A program made the translations under genes and the position numbers. Shown piece by piece: positions 27,401-41,439 of a stretch of DNA of 61,070 nucleotides; position 1 is the stretch's first letter, and every line of letters begins with the position of its first letter. Origin of the DNA: Harriotta raleighana (Eukaryota); NCBI GenBank assembly GCA_050575255.1, contig JBNZDD010013650.1:1814055-1875124 (forward strand). The letters run 5' to 3'. The notes beneath the pieces are model-generated. The model saw only the letters and a list, made by a program, of their open reading frames with translations. It searched no databases and was not told the DNA's origin.

Positions 27401-30400
27401 CCTATGTAGTGACTCATACTGGCATTCAAAATCTCCATGGCTATCTTTTGTAGCACCTTGGAAGTCAAGTGTGAAATTGGAAAACTACTTCATCCCATAT
27501 TTCTGCTCTACGGCTAAACATGATTCAGACACCTCTATGATTTTTACCGCAACAACTTCCGGCTCTCTATCCTTGGTTTCCTGTAGTCCTCCAATAAACT
27601 CCAGTGCAGACTGTAAGAGTAGCAACTATTTTATCTGAAGAACCTTTCGGTCTTCAAACTTTAACAATGCTTTTGTAATATCTTAATATGTTAGCCATCT
27701 ACTTTATTTTCCCTCTCCATATCCCAAAATTTGTTTCTGTTTAATCTCGGTCATACTGGAACCTGTTATTGATACTTAACCTACAGTGACTATTTTAGGG
27801 GCAAACATGACAATGAATTGACACACACCAATATTCCACAAACAGCCAAATCAATGATCAATTTATTCTGGGGAGCATTGGGAAGGCAGGATGTTGATTT
27901 ACAATCTGATCCGAAGGATGGCACATCTCAATCAATCAAAGTTACATTTATATAGAGTCTTTTACGTTGGGAGGACATCCCAAGACGCTGTACAGTCAAG
28001 AAGGGATCAGAGCAGGGGCGGATGGGTCGGGGGAAGGAAAGTAAGAAAAATTAACTGTATATTTTGTGGGCAAAACGCACATCAGAGAATTCAGCCCTCA
28101 CTGTGTCCAAACCAACCCATAAAAATTATAAATAGTAATATAAATAAAGCAAAATTTTTTACATTCACACATTACCTCCTTATGGGGCTCCATAATTTCA
28201 GTAACACTTTTTCCAGTTACTTGAGCAAGGACTTGCAAAGAATGCATGGCCTGCTTCCGCACAGTGGAGTTTGGGGATGTCACTTCACGAACCAAGTCAT
28301 GAGTTACATGGTGGAATGACTTTTCCTGAGCTGCAAGAAGCTCTTCAGTTTTTTCTTCGTCCTTTAAGGGAGTTGCACAGCGAACTAACAGCTGTTCTAA
28401 TGTGGTCTTTGCCATTGCAACAGCTCCGTTGGAAACCTGAAAAGAAATGGGAATTATTTTTCAAGCACAAAATTAGAATTCCGTTCAGACAAAAAAAATT
28501 GACCAGAACCATGTCACTTCACGAACCAAGTCATGAGTTACATGGTGGAATGACTATAGTTCCATGCAGCGGTATAATATCAAATCACATACAGTAAAAC
28601 TATTGTTCTAAATTCTTACTTCCTGTGAAACTGTTTTGTTCCTTTTATGTAATAAACATTTCCCCACTTGTTTGACATTTTGTCTGACATTGGATTTGCA
28701 ATGTTGATTAAATAATCTTGCTTATTCTCTAATAAATGCAGCAATATTTTAATAATAACAATCCTTGCATTTGATAATAGCATTCTCACGTCTTCTAGAT
28801 GTCTCCTTATTGCTATCCAGTGTTATTTAACATCCATATATAGATATTTATATTTTTAACATGATGATGCTATATAACAATAATTAATCCTTGCATTTGA
28901 TATAGTGCTTTTCACATCTTCTAGTTGTCTCAAAGCATTTCACAGAAAACATGGTAAAGTAAATTGATTGTATATATGTGGGTGAAACCACATTGGCAGC
29001 CAATTGTGCACTGCAGTGTCCCACAAACAGTCGTGGATTGAAATGACCAATTCATTATTGTTTTTTTTGAGGGATTATCATTAGGCATGTGGAGTAAGGA
29101 AATTTGCCCGAAGTTTCACCCTGCCTAGAATTGAACCCAGGTCTCTTGCTTGTAAAGGGAGTGCTTAACACTGAGCTACAAGAATCCACATTTTGTGCCT
29201 AATATATAATATGCCTAGATTACAATTTTTATTTATTTATTTGTTTTTTCCGTTCCAGTGCACCTAGGCCTAAGTCAGTTGTAGCCTTCAATCTACATGA
29301 TTTGAAAAGTGCAGGTCTCTCAGTTTTGGCAAATTTAAAGCTGTCCTCTATGCTGTTGACTGGAAAATGCAGCTTTAAGTTCTGTAAGAATGTGATATTA
29401 AATCAATTTTATTTGGTGACAAGGATGACTTTAAAAGTGTAACTTAAGAAAAATACATGCTTTGTATTTAAATTATGCAGTTCATATTTTTAGTAAACTA
29501 TGAAAGTTAGAAACTGTTTTAATTTTTATCTTTTAAATTCCAATGACCTTAAATTCTGCATCTGCCAACATTTTCAGAAGTGCTTCATGTTGAATCGTAT
29601 TTGATCTGATGAAGCTAAGCAAACTAAATCAATGGTTTAAAAATGATGATATATATTATACATATATATATATACACTCCTGGGATAACTTTGTCTAATT
29701 TTAAACTAACTTGCATGTCTAATTCACAATAAGGATTGTAGTTTTACTGCACAACTGCATTCAAACAATTCATTCATCCAAGGAATTAATTAAATCCCTT
29801 TGGGTAAAGTGTTGCCAAGTCATGCATCCAATTATCTACCTCTTCCAACATCCCGTCCATCACTTCTTTTATGAACCTCAATGTGAGCACTGTTAGCTGT
29901 TATCTCAAACTTCACAGAAAAACACTTTTAGTTATGCCTAATCCTCATTATAACAGAACCAAGGCCACAGTACCTCTCCAGTGAGATCCATCATGACAAA
30001 AAGGAGAGCCTTGAGAAATGTCTGCTGGTTCTGAAGGACCCAGATCAAAGGAAGTCTTTCCATTAAGAATTTAATGGACACCACGCCTCCCAGCTTGGCG
30101 TACCAAGCTTGCTCATAACAGCAGGCACAGAGGCGTTCCACAATGTAAGAAAATAATGGTAACTGACAAGCCTGGAGTTTAAAAAAAAAGGTGTTATTTG
30201 ACAATATGTCATAATTGAACAGGTAACTGATCTAAACATTAAACAACTAGAGATGGCATTGGTTACATTGCGTGGATATGGTTTTATAAATTATTTGAAA
30301 TTCAAGAGAAGATTTACCCGTTCTTTTGATCCTAAAATGATACTTGCTACATCAAAGATGACAGCAAGTGCCACCTCGCCTATTTTACACAGCTCCTTCT

Positions 30401-33400
30401 CCTCATAAGCCATGCAGATGGCGATGGCATCTATAAGAACTAGTGGGTCCATTCCTTTTGATCCATTCTCTTCACTGTGGAACATGGCTGTGCTGGGCTG
30501 GCTGCCGACTTGATAACACTGCAGCAAGAATGGGCCTAAGGTTATGGAAAGAAGATACAGTATTAGGGTGACATCAAATAGAAGTATCACCAAGGAATAA
30601 TAAGATTCTACGCATTTACAAAGGGATGTTGGCAAAGCAAAACACTGACAGTAAATCTAAAAATCTGGAAAACAAAACTCGTTATAAAACAGTACATGAG
30701 GAGCTTCCACAGAAAAGGGAGACTCCATCACACACCAGCAGTGAATCATGTTCTACTTCACCTGCAGCATCTGGTAATATTAAGTAAGGAAAAGTATTAC
30801 ATAGATACAAATGTCATTCACAGAATGAATGGCTAGGAACAGAGTATGGCAGTGAACCATGAGTACTGCACAGTAAACCAGGATACAACTTTAGCATTAA
30901 TTATTCAGAGAGTACTTTGTACATTGTTTCCTGTCTCATATATTCAGATTTCAAACAAAGGTTCATCCAATATCATTATTTCATGCTTATAAAACAATTG
31001 TAAAGATGGCAAAGCATTCCCTGACAGCAACAACAAAATTGCATTTGTATAGCGTCTTTCACATTGGGAGGATGTCCCAGCGGGACAGTCAGTGTTTCGG
31101 ACTCGAGCTGAGGATCGGGAATGGGGAGGGTGGAGGGGAAGGAAACTGACCAAAGGCACAGTCGAAGAGGAGGGTGTTGAGGTGGGTCATCTCTAAGAGT
31201 GGGGCCAATGGCTGAAGGACTGCCCACCCATGGTTGAGCAGACAAGGACGAAGACTGCTGAGCAGAAGGAGCCGGCAGGTTGGAAGGGGTTAGGAAGTCG
31301 CAAAAAGGGAAGTGGAAGCAAGGCCATGGAGGACTCTAAAGTGAGGACCAGGATCTTGAACTGGATGCTCTATATAATGGGAAACCAGTGGAGTCGGCAA
31401 AGATGGGGGTGATAGTGGCACTGAGCCTGACCTACTCCATGTGCCTGAAGCTCTACAAATGTTAATGCATCTGGCAACCAGGATGGCTTAAACGGGCCGA
31501 GTTTAAGTTTAAGAAACAAAAGAAAATTTAGGAGCAACAAATAAAAATCAATGCTTCATTGTGCCTCCAGAAACTCAACTTAATAAACTAAATTAAATTT
31601 TAAAAATATTAAAGAATTTAATTTTAAAAAGTGGTAGAATATTTCACTGAATATTCCAGTGAATGACTGGGCTGTCTTTATTCCTACTGAAGACTTAATA
31701 ATCTATCTTTGCCAAATCCTCCATTAAATTCTATGGAGGTTTCAGTTGTTTTTGACAAATAACTTTCAAAATGTTAGGGAGCCTTGATCCAATTTCAAAG
31801 CATTCAGTAAGTGTCATTCACTCACCACACTGTTGAGCTACAGCCACCATAGTATAGTGACGGATTAAGCTGGCCACAAATGGCAAGGCGCTGGGCCGTA
31901 GATCTTTAATGACAGCTGACATAAATGCTCCCGTCAAAGCCTGTTCAAACGTTTTGCGAGCAGGCGTATCCTGTGCTTTATAACGATGGGATATAATTAC
32001 ACTGGGTATTGCCTTCTCTGTGAAGCTGGAAGACAAAATTAAGCCCATTACGAGAACATAGTCACTGCACAAACAAGTCAACCATGAAATTCACACTTCA
32101 TTCAGGATTTTTTTCCCCATTTTGCTGAAAGCTGACCCAATTCAATTACTTCACTTTAATATTGTCAGCAACTAACCACAAATAAGATGGATGGTTCAAT
32201 TTCATCACAAGCATTCAGAGCCAGAGGCTTCAAATGAGGTATATATGTTCCAAATATTACATATGCTGACACCTGAATGCGATTAAATTACTGAGTGACG
32301 TTTCCAATATTTACAGCATGCTATGTTGAAGCTTTTAAATTTTGATTTGAAAGGCTGAAATATTAATCAATTTAGCAGGCCAAAACATACTAAGATGAAT
32401 TTGCTTACCTAAAAAATCTATAGAGTATTGCAGTGACCATCAATTCACTTTACAATATATTCTTTGAAGCGCTTTGAAACGTCTAGAAGACGTGAAAAGC
32501 GCTATATCAAATGTAAGAATAATTATTATCAAGGAAGGCTTTTTCTACTCACACCCTTCTACTCTCAATAAATTTCAGTAGCTGCAGATCATTCCAGAAC
32601 TCTGCAGCTCGTGTCCTCACCTGCACCAAGCTCCGTGATCACATCACTCCCACCCTCCCCGGCTCCATTGGCTCCCCATCTCCACAGAAGATCAAATTCA
32701 ATATCCTCATCCTCATCTTCAAGGCCATTCACAGCCTTCCCCCACCCACCTCTTCGAATTGCTGTCCCACTGTGAACTTCCCCACCCTCTCTGTTCAGTG
32801 GGCTCCGGACTGCTCCATGTGCCCCCACCCTACCATTGGCGACGGGCTTTCAGCCTCTCTGCTCCAACACTCGGGAACACCATCCCACAATCCCTTCGCC
32901 TCACTCCCTCCCTCTCCTCCTTCAAGACCCTCTTCTTCGACCATGTCTTCTGTTGCCCTCCCAACTCTCTCCCGTCCCTCTCCACTGCCCTTTCCCTCTC
33001 CCATCCTGACTGTTCAGCACCTTAGGACGTCCTCCCGACATGAAAGGCGCTCTATAATTGTAATTTTGTTGTTGTTATATCTGTGAGCAGAGGGTTAGGG
33101 TTATATATTATGAAACAAAAACACAATCTCTTCTACGCAAACGTCACATAATTACATTGCATTCAAAAGACTTCACCAAATTATTAAACAAACATTAAAC
33201 TGATTTTGTACATCTCTTACTTTGGATGGGCAAGAAGTTGGTAGAGTGAATGTTTGTTGTCATCCAGGCTCATCATTGCCACCAAGAAACATTTAATCAC
33301 TTCCCAGGCCTGCCTTCGGTAATATGGTTCAGTGTTTGCACTCTTTAGACAATCTAAGGCAGTCTCAATAGCCTGAAAACAAGCAGAGCAGCATTTGTGC

Positions 33401-36400
33401 ACAAATCCAAAGGGACACCACCAAAATCGTTTCCCATCAAAATAATCACTGGTTAATAATAAACCCACAGCAATAAATATATCTAACAATAACTAAATAT
33501 ATCCTCTATATTGGATATGTACAGTGTACAGCACTTACAATAAAATACCCATACAATATTGTTATTATGTTATTATTTAGTCTATTATTAATATAGTATC
33601 TGTTCAAATAATTTTTAATTTAAAAAAACGTTCAACCAGAAAGCAGTTTAACCGGCACCGGCCGGGTCCCGTGGATGCCGGATAAACAGGCTTTTACTGT
33701 ATAATTATTTTCAAAGTTGCAAAACTTGAGTTAGTCACAAAGATTCTACTTCCATTTATATTGGCCATTTGTTACAGATTTAAGTGGAACAAGCTACTAC
33801 TTCAGCATATTCCAAAATCCAGAGATTCTCTGCATTTAGCACAGAATTTCCCCTCGCAATTACCCACTCGATTCAGACATGCCTTGGACTCGATTCAGCA
33901 AGCTCCATACTTGTGATCAAGACTGCATATAGCAGCTTACTGTTCGGCATTCTGTTTACATTACAAGTACAGTACACGAGAAAGATTCAGTTCAAAACTA
34001 TGTCTATTATAAATGTAGGCATACATTAATGAACTCTGATAATTTATGAGAGGTGACTTTGATCTTCCTCCTGAGATTTTATGACACCAGGTTGAGATTG
34101 AAGTTCTGCATTAGAGGAAAGTAAAGGCCTAAAAATGTATATTTTGATGAGATTTTAATTGAACTAATTAACATGTTGAGCTCTGCAACTCATTAATAAT
34201 CCTTGCATTTTAGATACTGCACTTTTCACGTCTTCTAGACGTCTCTTATTAGCACTATAATTGCAAAAATATGAATTAGTCTCAACATTGTGGCATTACT
34301 ATTAAACATCTCAACAGGGCTGGTTCACACTTCAGATTCTCCTGTTGTTAGAATGTGGCTTCAGTAATATTGTTGAACTGGGATGGACACAGGAAGCAAA
34401 ACTAGTCCCAGCTCTCAATGGTTAACCAATTATACAAATTGGATCATTTATTCAATTGTCTCCATCACACACTTTAAGATTAAATACATTTCATCTACAG
34501 ATGCTGGATGTCTTTTCACAGGGCTCAGCATGAACCTACAAATCAGAATATTATGGATAATAATAATCCTTGCAATTGATTTAGCAGTTTCCACATCTTC
34601 TAGACATCTCAAAGCGCTTCACAGAGTAAATTGTAAACAACTACAACAACAAAATTACACTTGTATAGCATCTTTCATGTCAGGAGGACATCCCAAGGCG
34701 CTGGACAGCCATTGTTTCAGACCCGAGCTGGGTCACGGACGGGGAGAGTGGCAGGAAAGGGGGAGATTTCGGCTAATCGATGATACCGTCAAAGAGGAGA
34801 GGAGGGACTGCGGGATGGAGTTCCAGAGGTTGGGGGCAGAGTGTCCCGCCAATGGTGGGGCGGGTGACATGGAGCAGGCTGGAGCCTACTGAGCAGAGGG
34901 GGCGGGCAAGCTGATAAGGGTTAGAAGGTCGCAGTTGTAGGATGGGGCGAGGCCGTGGAGGGCTTTGAGTGCGAGTGCCGAGATTTTGAATTAGATCCTC
35001 TGGTTGATGCCAATGGAGTCGGTGAGGATGGGGGAGATGGCGTCACGAGGCTAGGAGAGGTAGCGGACAAGTCCCCCAGAGTTCTATGGAGGGAGGAATT
35101 GGGAAGGCCAAGAAGCAGGGCGTTGGCGTAGTCAAGCTGGGATGTGATGAAGGCATGGATGAAGGTTTCAGCTGCCTGAGGGGTGAGTAGTGGCGGAGGC
35201 AGGGAATATTGCGGAAGTGAGGGAAGGCAGAGTGGGTCATGGCTTGGATGTCGGGGAGGAAAGACAGTTGAGGATCGAACAAGACACCTAGGTTCTTGAG
35301 TGGCTTGGTGAAGTAGAATGTGCAACCATGCAGGTCAATGCAGCCAGTGCCTGATGCATGAATGCGCTGCAGAGCGAATCAGGAGGGACGCTGTCTTGTA
35401 AAAGTTCAACTGTAGAAAGTTAGCTCTCATCCAGGTCTTGATGTCTGACAGGCAATCTGTCAGGACAGCAGTGGTCCTGGAGTCGAGGGTAGAGTCAGAA
35501 AGATAGAGTTGGGTGTCACATATATGTGAAAGTTGACCTCATGTCTGCGGATGATGTCACCACAATTCATCTCCAAATGCAAATATATAGTACTGTATAA
35601 CCTCACCACATGACAGTTTCTTCCTTTTACACGTAAACAGCATACAAATTAAATTATGACTTTGCAAGATATGACATAATTATTTAATATGGGTGGGGGT
35701 GGAGGGAGGAGGAAAAAAAAGCCTGAACTGTAAGTCAGGCAGTGTAAGAAGGAAAATGAATACTCCTTTTAAAATTCTGGTCACAAAAGCCAAATGTTTA
35801 TGAGAGCAATATAATGGGAACTATATTTTCAATCATACTTTCAGTGCAAAATCCTTTTCTTTTGAGATGCAAAATGTGATATTCCAAATTGATTTTCCAT
35901 AACATACATATATTTACTATACATCAAACAATTTCTCCTTGGTGACAGGATTCATAACAATTTATAATGTAAATGCAAATATCCATTACAACACTTTACA
36001 ACAGTAAGAGTTTGGCACCTAGGTATTTCATATATTTAACAATCAGAATCAAATCTACAGTACAAATCAATCTATATTGCGCCATTCACTTGCCGGTAGA
36101 TGGTCTCAAAACATTTTCCACATCTGGATGAGCACCAGAACTGGGAAGGAACCTAAAATTTTAAGTGCAATTGGCTGCCGCTTTTCACCCACAAAATATA
36201 TGGTCGATTCACTTTACAGTATAGGCTGTGAAGCGCCTTGAAGACGCGATAAGGCGCTCTATCAAATGCAAGGATAATTATTATGGGACCCCCTCCTGAC
36301 ATGAAACTTGCTATACAAGTGCAATTTTGTTGTTGTTATTATTAACACAAGTACGGCTGTTTTCTATCGCTGAGCATTACAATTTGTGAAGGTTAGTAGT

Positions 36401-39400
36401 TTATACTAAATGATTCATCCCAGATGTTAGAGAACAGCCAACTGTACATGTTGTTCTTTTGAAAACAAAGATTGGCATTTGAAAGAAAAGAAAATCAGAT
36501 CATGGATAAAAGTAAATTCAGTCCGATCAGAAGTAGAATGCCAAGCATTTTTTACTTTCTTGTTAGAGGGGCATCAAACCCAATTTTAGCACTCCTATTG
36601 CCATTCCAACCGAGATCAACTAACACAGCACAGTAGGCATTGAACTAGGGACCCAGTCTGCACATTGTTAAATAATGCTTTTAAGAAAGGAGCCCAAAGG
36701 GGGTCCTACCAGGAAAATTGGAAACTAATGTTTTGTTTGTAATGGTACTTTACCGATTATAGTAAAAGCCCGTTTATCCGGCATCCACGGGCTCTAGCCA
36801 GTGGCGATTAAACGGTTTTCCGGTTGAACGGTTTTTTAAAAATATATTTTTTTTAAAATTGTAATTAAAAAATATTTTAACACGTATATTAATAGACTAA
36901 ATAATAACAGATTATAACAATATTGCATGTAAATGTTATTGTAAATGTTGTACACTGTGCCATATAAATAATAGAGTAAATACAATAATAACAGCTACTG
37001 TAATAACAGAATATTGTATGGCTACTTTAATGTAAATGTTGAACAATACTATATAAATAATAGACTAAATACACTAATAACAGATACTATAATAACAGAA
37101 TATTGTATTAGTACTTATTATTTATACTTAACTTTGCAATGGCTGCCCCCATGGAGGAAAACAAAACGGCAGTGCTACTTTTTTTTTTAAAAACGGCAGT
37201 ATCACGACTTTTAACAGGAGCAGAAGTGAGTTTATTCTCGACTAGTGGCCAGCCAAAATACCTGCACCAATACCTGCATGCAACAATCGATTCATTAAAT
37301 GCATCATCACTATTATGCCGAATAACTTCCGGTTTATCGAATCAGGACTTTTTTTGAGGTTCCGGTTGAACGGGTTTTCCGGTTCAACGGGTTTTCCGGT
37401 TCATCGAGTCATGGATAAATGGGCTTTTACTGTACATAGAAAAATGTTGAATATATCTTCTTGGCTACTCTGCACAATTAAGCGATTTATTGGGTAAACC
37501 CAACTGATAAACCCTACACTATTCAAATGCACCAATTGATGAATTAACCATTTGGCGATTCACTCCACCACTGTGCATAGATTGGCTGCCACAAAACAGT
37601 TCACCCACAAAACAGTTACTCCATTTTGCAATATATCCTGCAAAGCACATTGTGACCCCCTGAAAGGCAGATGCAAGTATTATCTTCATACAAAAGAAGG
37701 CTGAGTTGGTAGTACTCTTATGTCGATTTGGAAGGTTGTGGATTGAAGCCCCTCATCAGGACTTTAAACTCATTGTCTAGAATGAAACTCGAATGCAGTA
37801 GCAGAGAAGTGCTGCATTGTCAAAGGCAACCTTTGTGAATAAAAAATGTAAAACCACAATAAAATTCTGCGAAAGCCTTGAGATGTCCAAAAGACACAAT
37901 GATCCACTGGATCAAAATGCATTATTATTATAATGGAATAATAAAGATTATTATTGTGATTAGGAGTAGTGCACAATAATGGGGGGAATTGTACCCCGTT
38001 TTACAATTGTAAGTTTGATTGCTAAAACTGCAAATGGATATTTTTTATAGTATTTTGAAATTAATATATGAAGGAGAAACAAACCCATTGCAATCAATCA
38101 AAAAACAGTTCTGAGACATTTACAATCTTCCAAGAGAGAAAAAAAAAGGAAAACATTATTTAATCCAAATATCGCCCATTCTCAGTCCTTCCCAAGAAAT
38201 GACAAATTGTGTGATAATTATTTACTACAATTATTTTACATGTAAATTCGTAACTGGTATTGAGTCTCCTCACACAAAACACCACAATGCCAAGAAGCTT
38301 CTGGCAAAGCTTAATTAGTGACTGGAAGGTGATAAGATAATTCATTTTTTGCCTTATTCCTGCTCTTCTGGAGGGGAGAACTCAACCTATACTCCACAGC
38401 TCTCCGCATGAATGCAGCAGCGTGGGTGTAGACAATTTATCTTACAAATCTATCTAATAAATGACACCAAATATTACCAAAGCCTCACCACAGGATGGCA
38501 CTGTACAGTCCTTCTGTAGAGAATTATGATTTTACTGTGAGATACGACTGCAAAGTATATTGCCACTTCTGCCACACACTATTCTTTATACATAGTGCCA
38601 CCAAGTGGCTGCAACCAAATTCTCAAACACTTCAATATGAAAGCTAGTGCTAAACAATAAATATAGGAATAATGTGATTGTAAAAACATTAATTTCTGCT
38701 AAAAAGCTAATCATAACTAGTCTGGGAAGGTGTGCTACTGGAACAGATTGGAAGGGGGAGGATGCAATTCATGTCAGCAGAACTTATGCATAATGTTCCA
38801 TTTCAATGATACAAATCGCTTGAACACAAAAGTTCCCAAAATTTGTATAGGTTTGAAGAAAACATACATTTAGAAGAAAAAAAGTCTTGCATAAATCTGC
38901 TGCTGTTTGTTGTTTTTTCTCTCACCTTTTCCATGGGAAGTTGAATAGATGCTTTGCAGTCTGAAAATTCTGCTGTAATACTGGGTCCTTGGACCTCCGT
39001 GATAACATACTGCAGTTTCTGGGATTCCTTCAGCATTTTCCGGTTACTGCCTCCAAATTTTCCCAGGACACGATAAGCCACATGGGAAATACTGTCCGCA
39101 GGATTTCGTAGAGTACGCCACAACGCCTATGAAAATAAAAGCATTTATACCAATGTTGTTTCATTTTCTTAAGTTTATTTAATACTGTGGCAGTCATGAT
39201 CTTGTACTTCTTTGGTGTACTGTACACTAACATCATCAGTACACATTGGGTCTCCTATAAATTAATCTGGTTGCTAACTCAAACCTGCAAACTACCTTCA
39301 CGCTAAAACTACTTCCGGATGACGAATTGGCCATTGAGTACAAAGGAGTAGGTTGCAATAGGCAAATCTGAGATTAAGGGATAGCTTTCATTTCTGCAAA

Positions 39401-41390
39401 TCTTTGAATGTTGCTCATAATATTAAACTGAGAAATATTAATCTGGTAGGATGGTAACAGTTAATTCACTGTACAGTAAAACCTCGATAACCTGACATTC
39501 CGACAGCCGGCAATTCCCTAAAATCGGAAAGATTTAAAAATACAACCGTATCAGATTTTTTCCGATGTCCAGCAAATCTCCCGAAGTTCGGAACAGCTGC
39601 TTGTAGTTCACGGCGTGGCTGCTCTGTGGTTGTAGCCCGAGCATAATTTGGCTTTAGTGTTGTGTTTACAGTAAATGTGGTGTATGCAGCGCTGCTTCCC
39701 CAGCCAATTCTAAGCAGGTTTTGAAACACCGCCAAACTCCAAAATTCAGGAGGAGCGTGGGCCCAACCGTGCCGGATTATCAAGGTTTTTGTACAAACAC
39801 ACAGTTAAGGCATGCTGTTTAACTGTACACCAATCTTCGGGATAATTAAAATTTACAACAAACACAAATCCACTCATAGTCCATCCATTAAAATACAACA
39901 GATACATTTGAGAAATACAAATCATTTAAGGAGTTATCTGGCATGTAGAAATATATTACCATTTTATAATAATAGAAATATAATCCTCTTCCAGTTTTAC
40001 CTGCATCAGCTCTGCACGTACTGGCTGAATATGGTCATATAAAAAGTCCGGTTGTAGGTTATCAACGCATAGCTCTAGTGTCCGTAAACCTTGGCTGACC
40101 AGAGTCTGGGATCCGTTAAGTGCAGAAACTAATGGGTCCATCAGCATTGGCAGGTAAGGTAAAAGTGAGCTAAGTCGGACAGGTACCGTCAAACACAATT
40201 CTACAAAGAGATCTTTCATATGTTGTTTATGCAGGCCGCTCTGAAGCATATTTAACCCTGCAATAGCAAAAATGAAAAACATAGCAAGCAAACGTTAAAG
40301 ATGGTTCACAACTCAGTTCCAATTTTATCCTTACACATTATACAGTTGTCCTAGTTAAAGGCAATAAATGGAATTAAACTACAGAATAATCCCATTACAA
40401 AGTTTACCTGTGTAGTTTACCATATGGTAAAACAGTAGAATAGGTAGAAACAATAACAAGTAAAAAATACGTCAGAGAAAATAGGAAAGAGAAACTAAAA
40501 GAAAATATTGACTGCAAAGTATGAGTCAAGGTTTTATACTTTTTTAAAAACAATATTTATTTAAGTGGATTAAGGTCAATGTTAATAATAAAGATGAAAT
40601 TTATCCTTCAAGTTATTGTTGTTTGGTATCTATTCTTCACAGATTTATATAAACCAATAATTTTATACAAGACTATTTATGTATAGGTAGACCCCGCTTA
40701 ACCTTTCAACGGTCAACGTTGTTTTGTTAGTACGTTGCTGATACATAGGGAACATATATCCATTTAACGTCGCAACGTTCGCTATATCGTTCGCCAGCGC
40801 GTGGAAACTAACTACTGTCATTTGGGTAGCATAGGCCACCATCCAGTATTCTGACACAGCGTCCATTCTGATCCTATCCCTTCGTCCCAATAACTCCACC
40901 ACTCGCCCCTCACCGCAACCCAACTCCATAAACAGCTCCACAACCATCTCAAGTGAGTGTTATGTTATTTAAGGGGGCACGATGACCTGCCTGTCAAGAA
41001 AGCGATGAGCAGGCTGGGAGTGAGCCAGGTCAGCAGTGAGAGAGCGAGGCGGGTTGGCAGCCGATGAGACCAGCAGCGAGTGAGTGAGCCAGACAGGCAA
41101 TCAGGGAGCAAATGAGTGAGCCAAACAGGCAGTCAGGGAGTGAGCATTACATTTTTTTAAAGAAAATTTTGTTGAAAAATGTCCAAAAGAACCTAACTCC
41201 AGTTTATACATTAATTCTTATGGGAAAAATGTGTTCCCTTAACATAATTTTGCTTAAAGTCACACTTTTCAAAAACACAACTACAATGTTACGCGAGGAA
41301 TACCTGCAGTGCTTTTCATCATATTACACGCATGCTGGGTGGGGGGAGGGTGAACAAACCTCAAAGCACAGTGGGCACCCAACCAAACTN

Positions 41391-41439
<49 letters not shown>

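Noticed and set aside
34383-35325. Long ORFs (169 aa +, 134 aa -) as independent genes; likewise 55562-56071
   Set aside because: They are frames through decayed SINE/L2 sequence and carry no intact RT or endonuclease.
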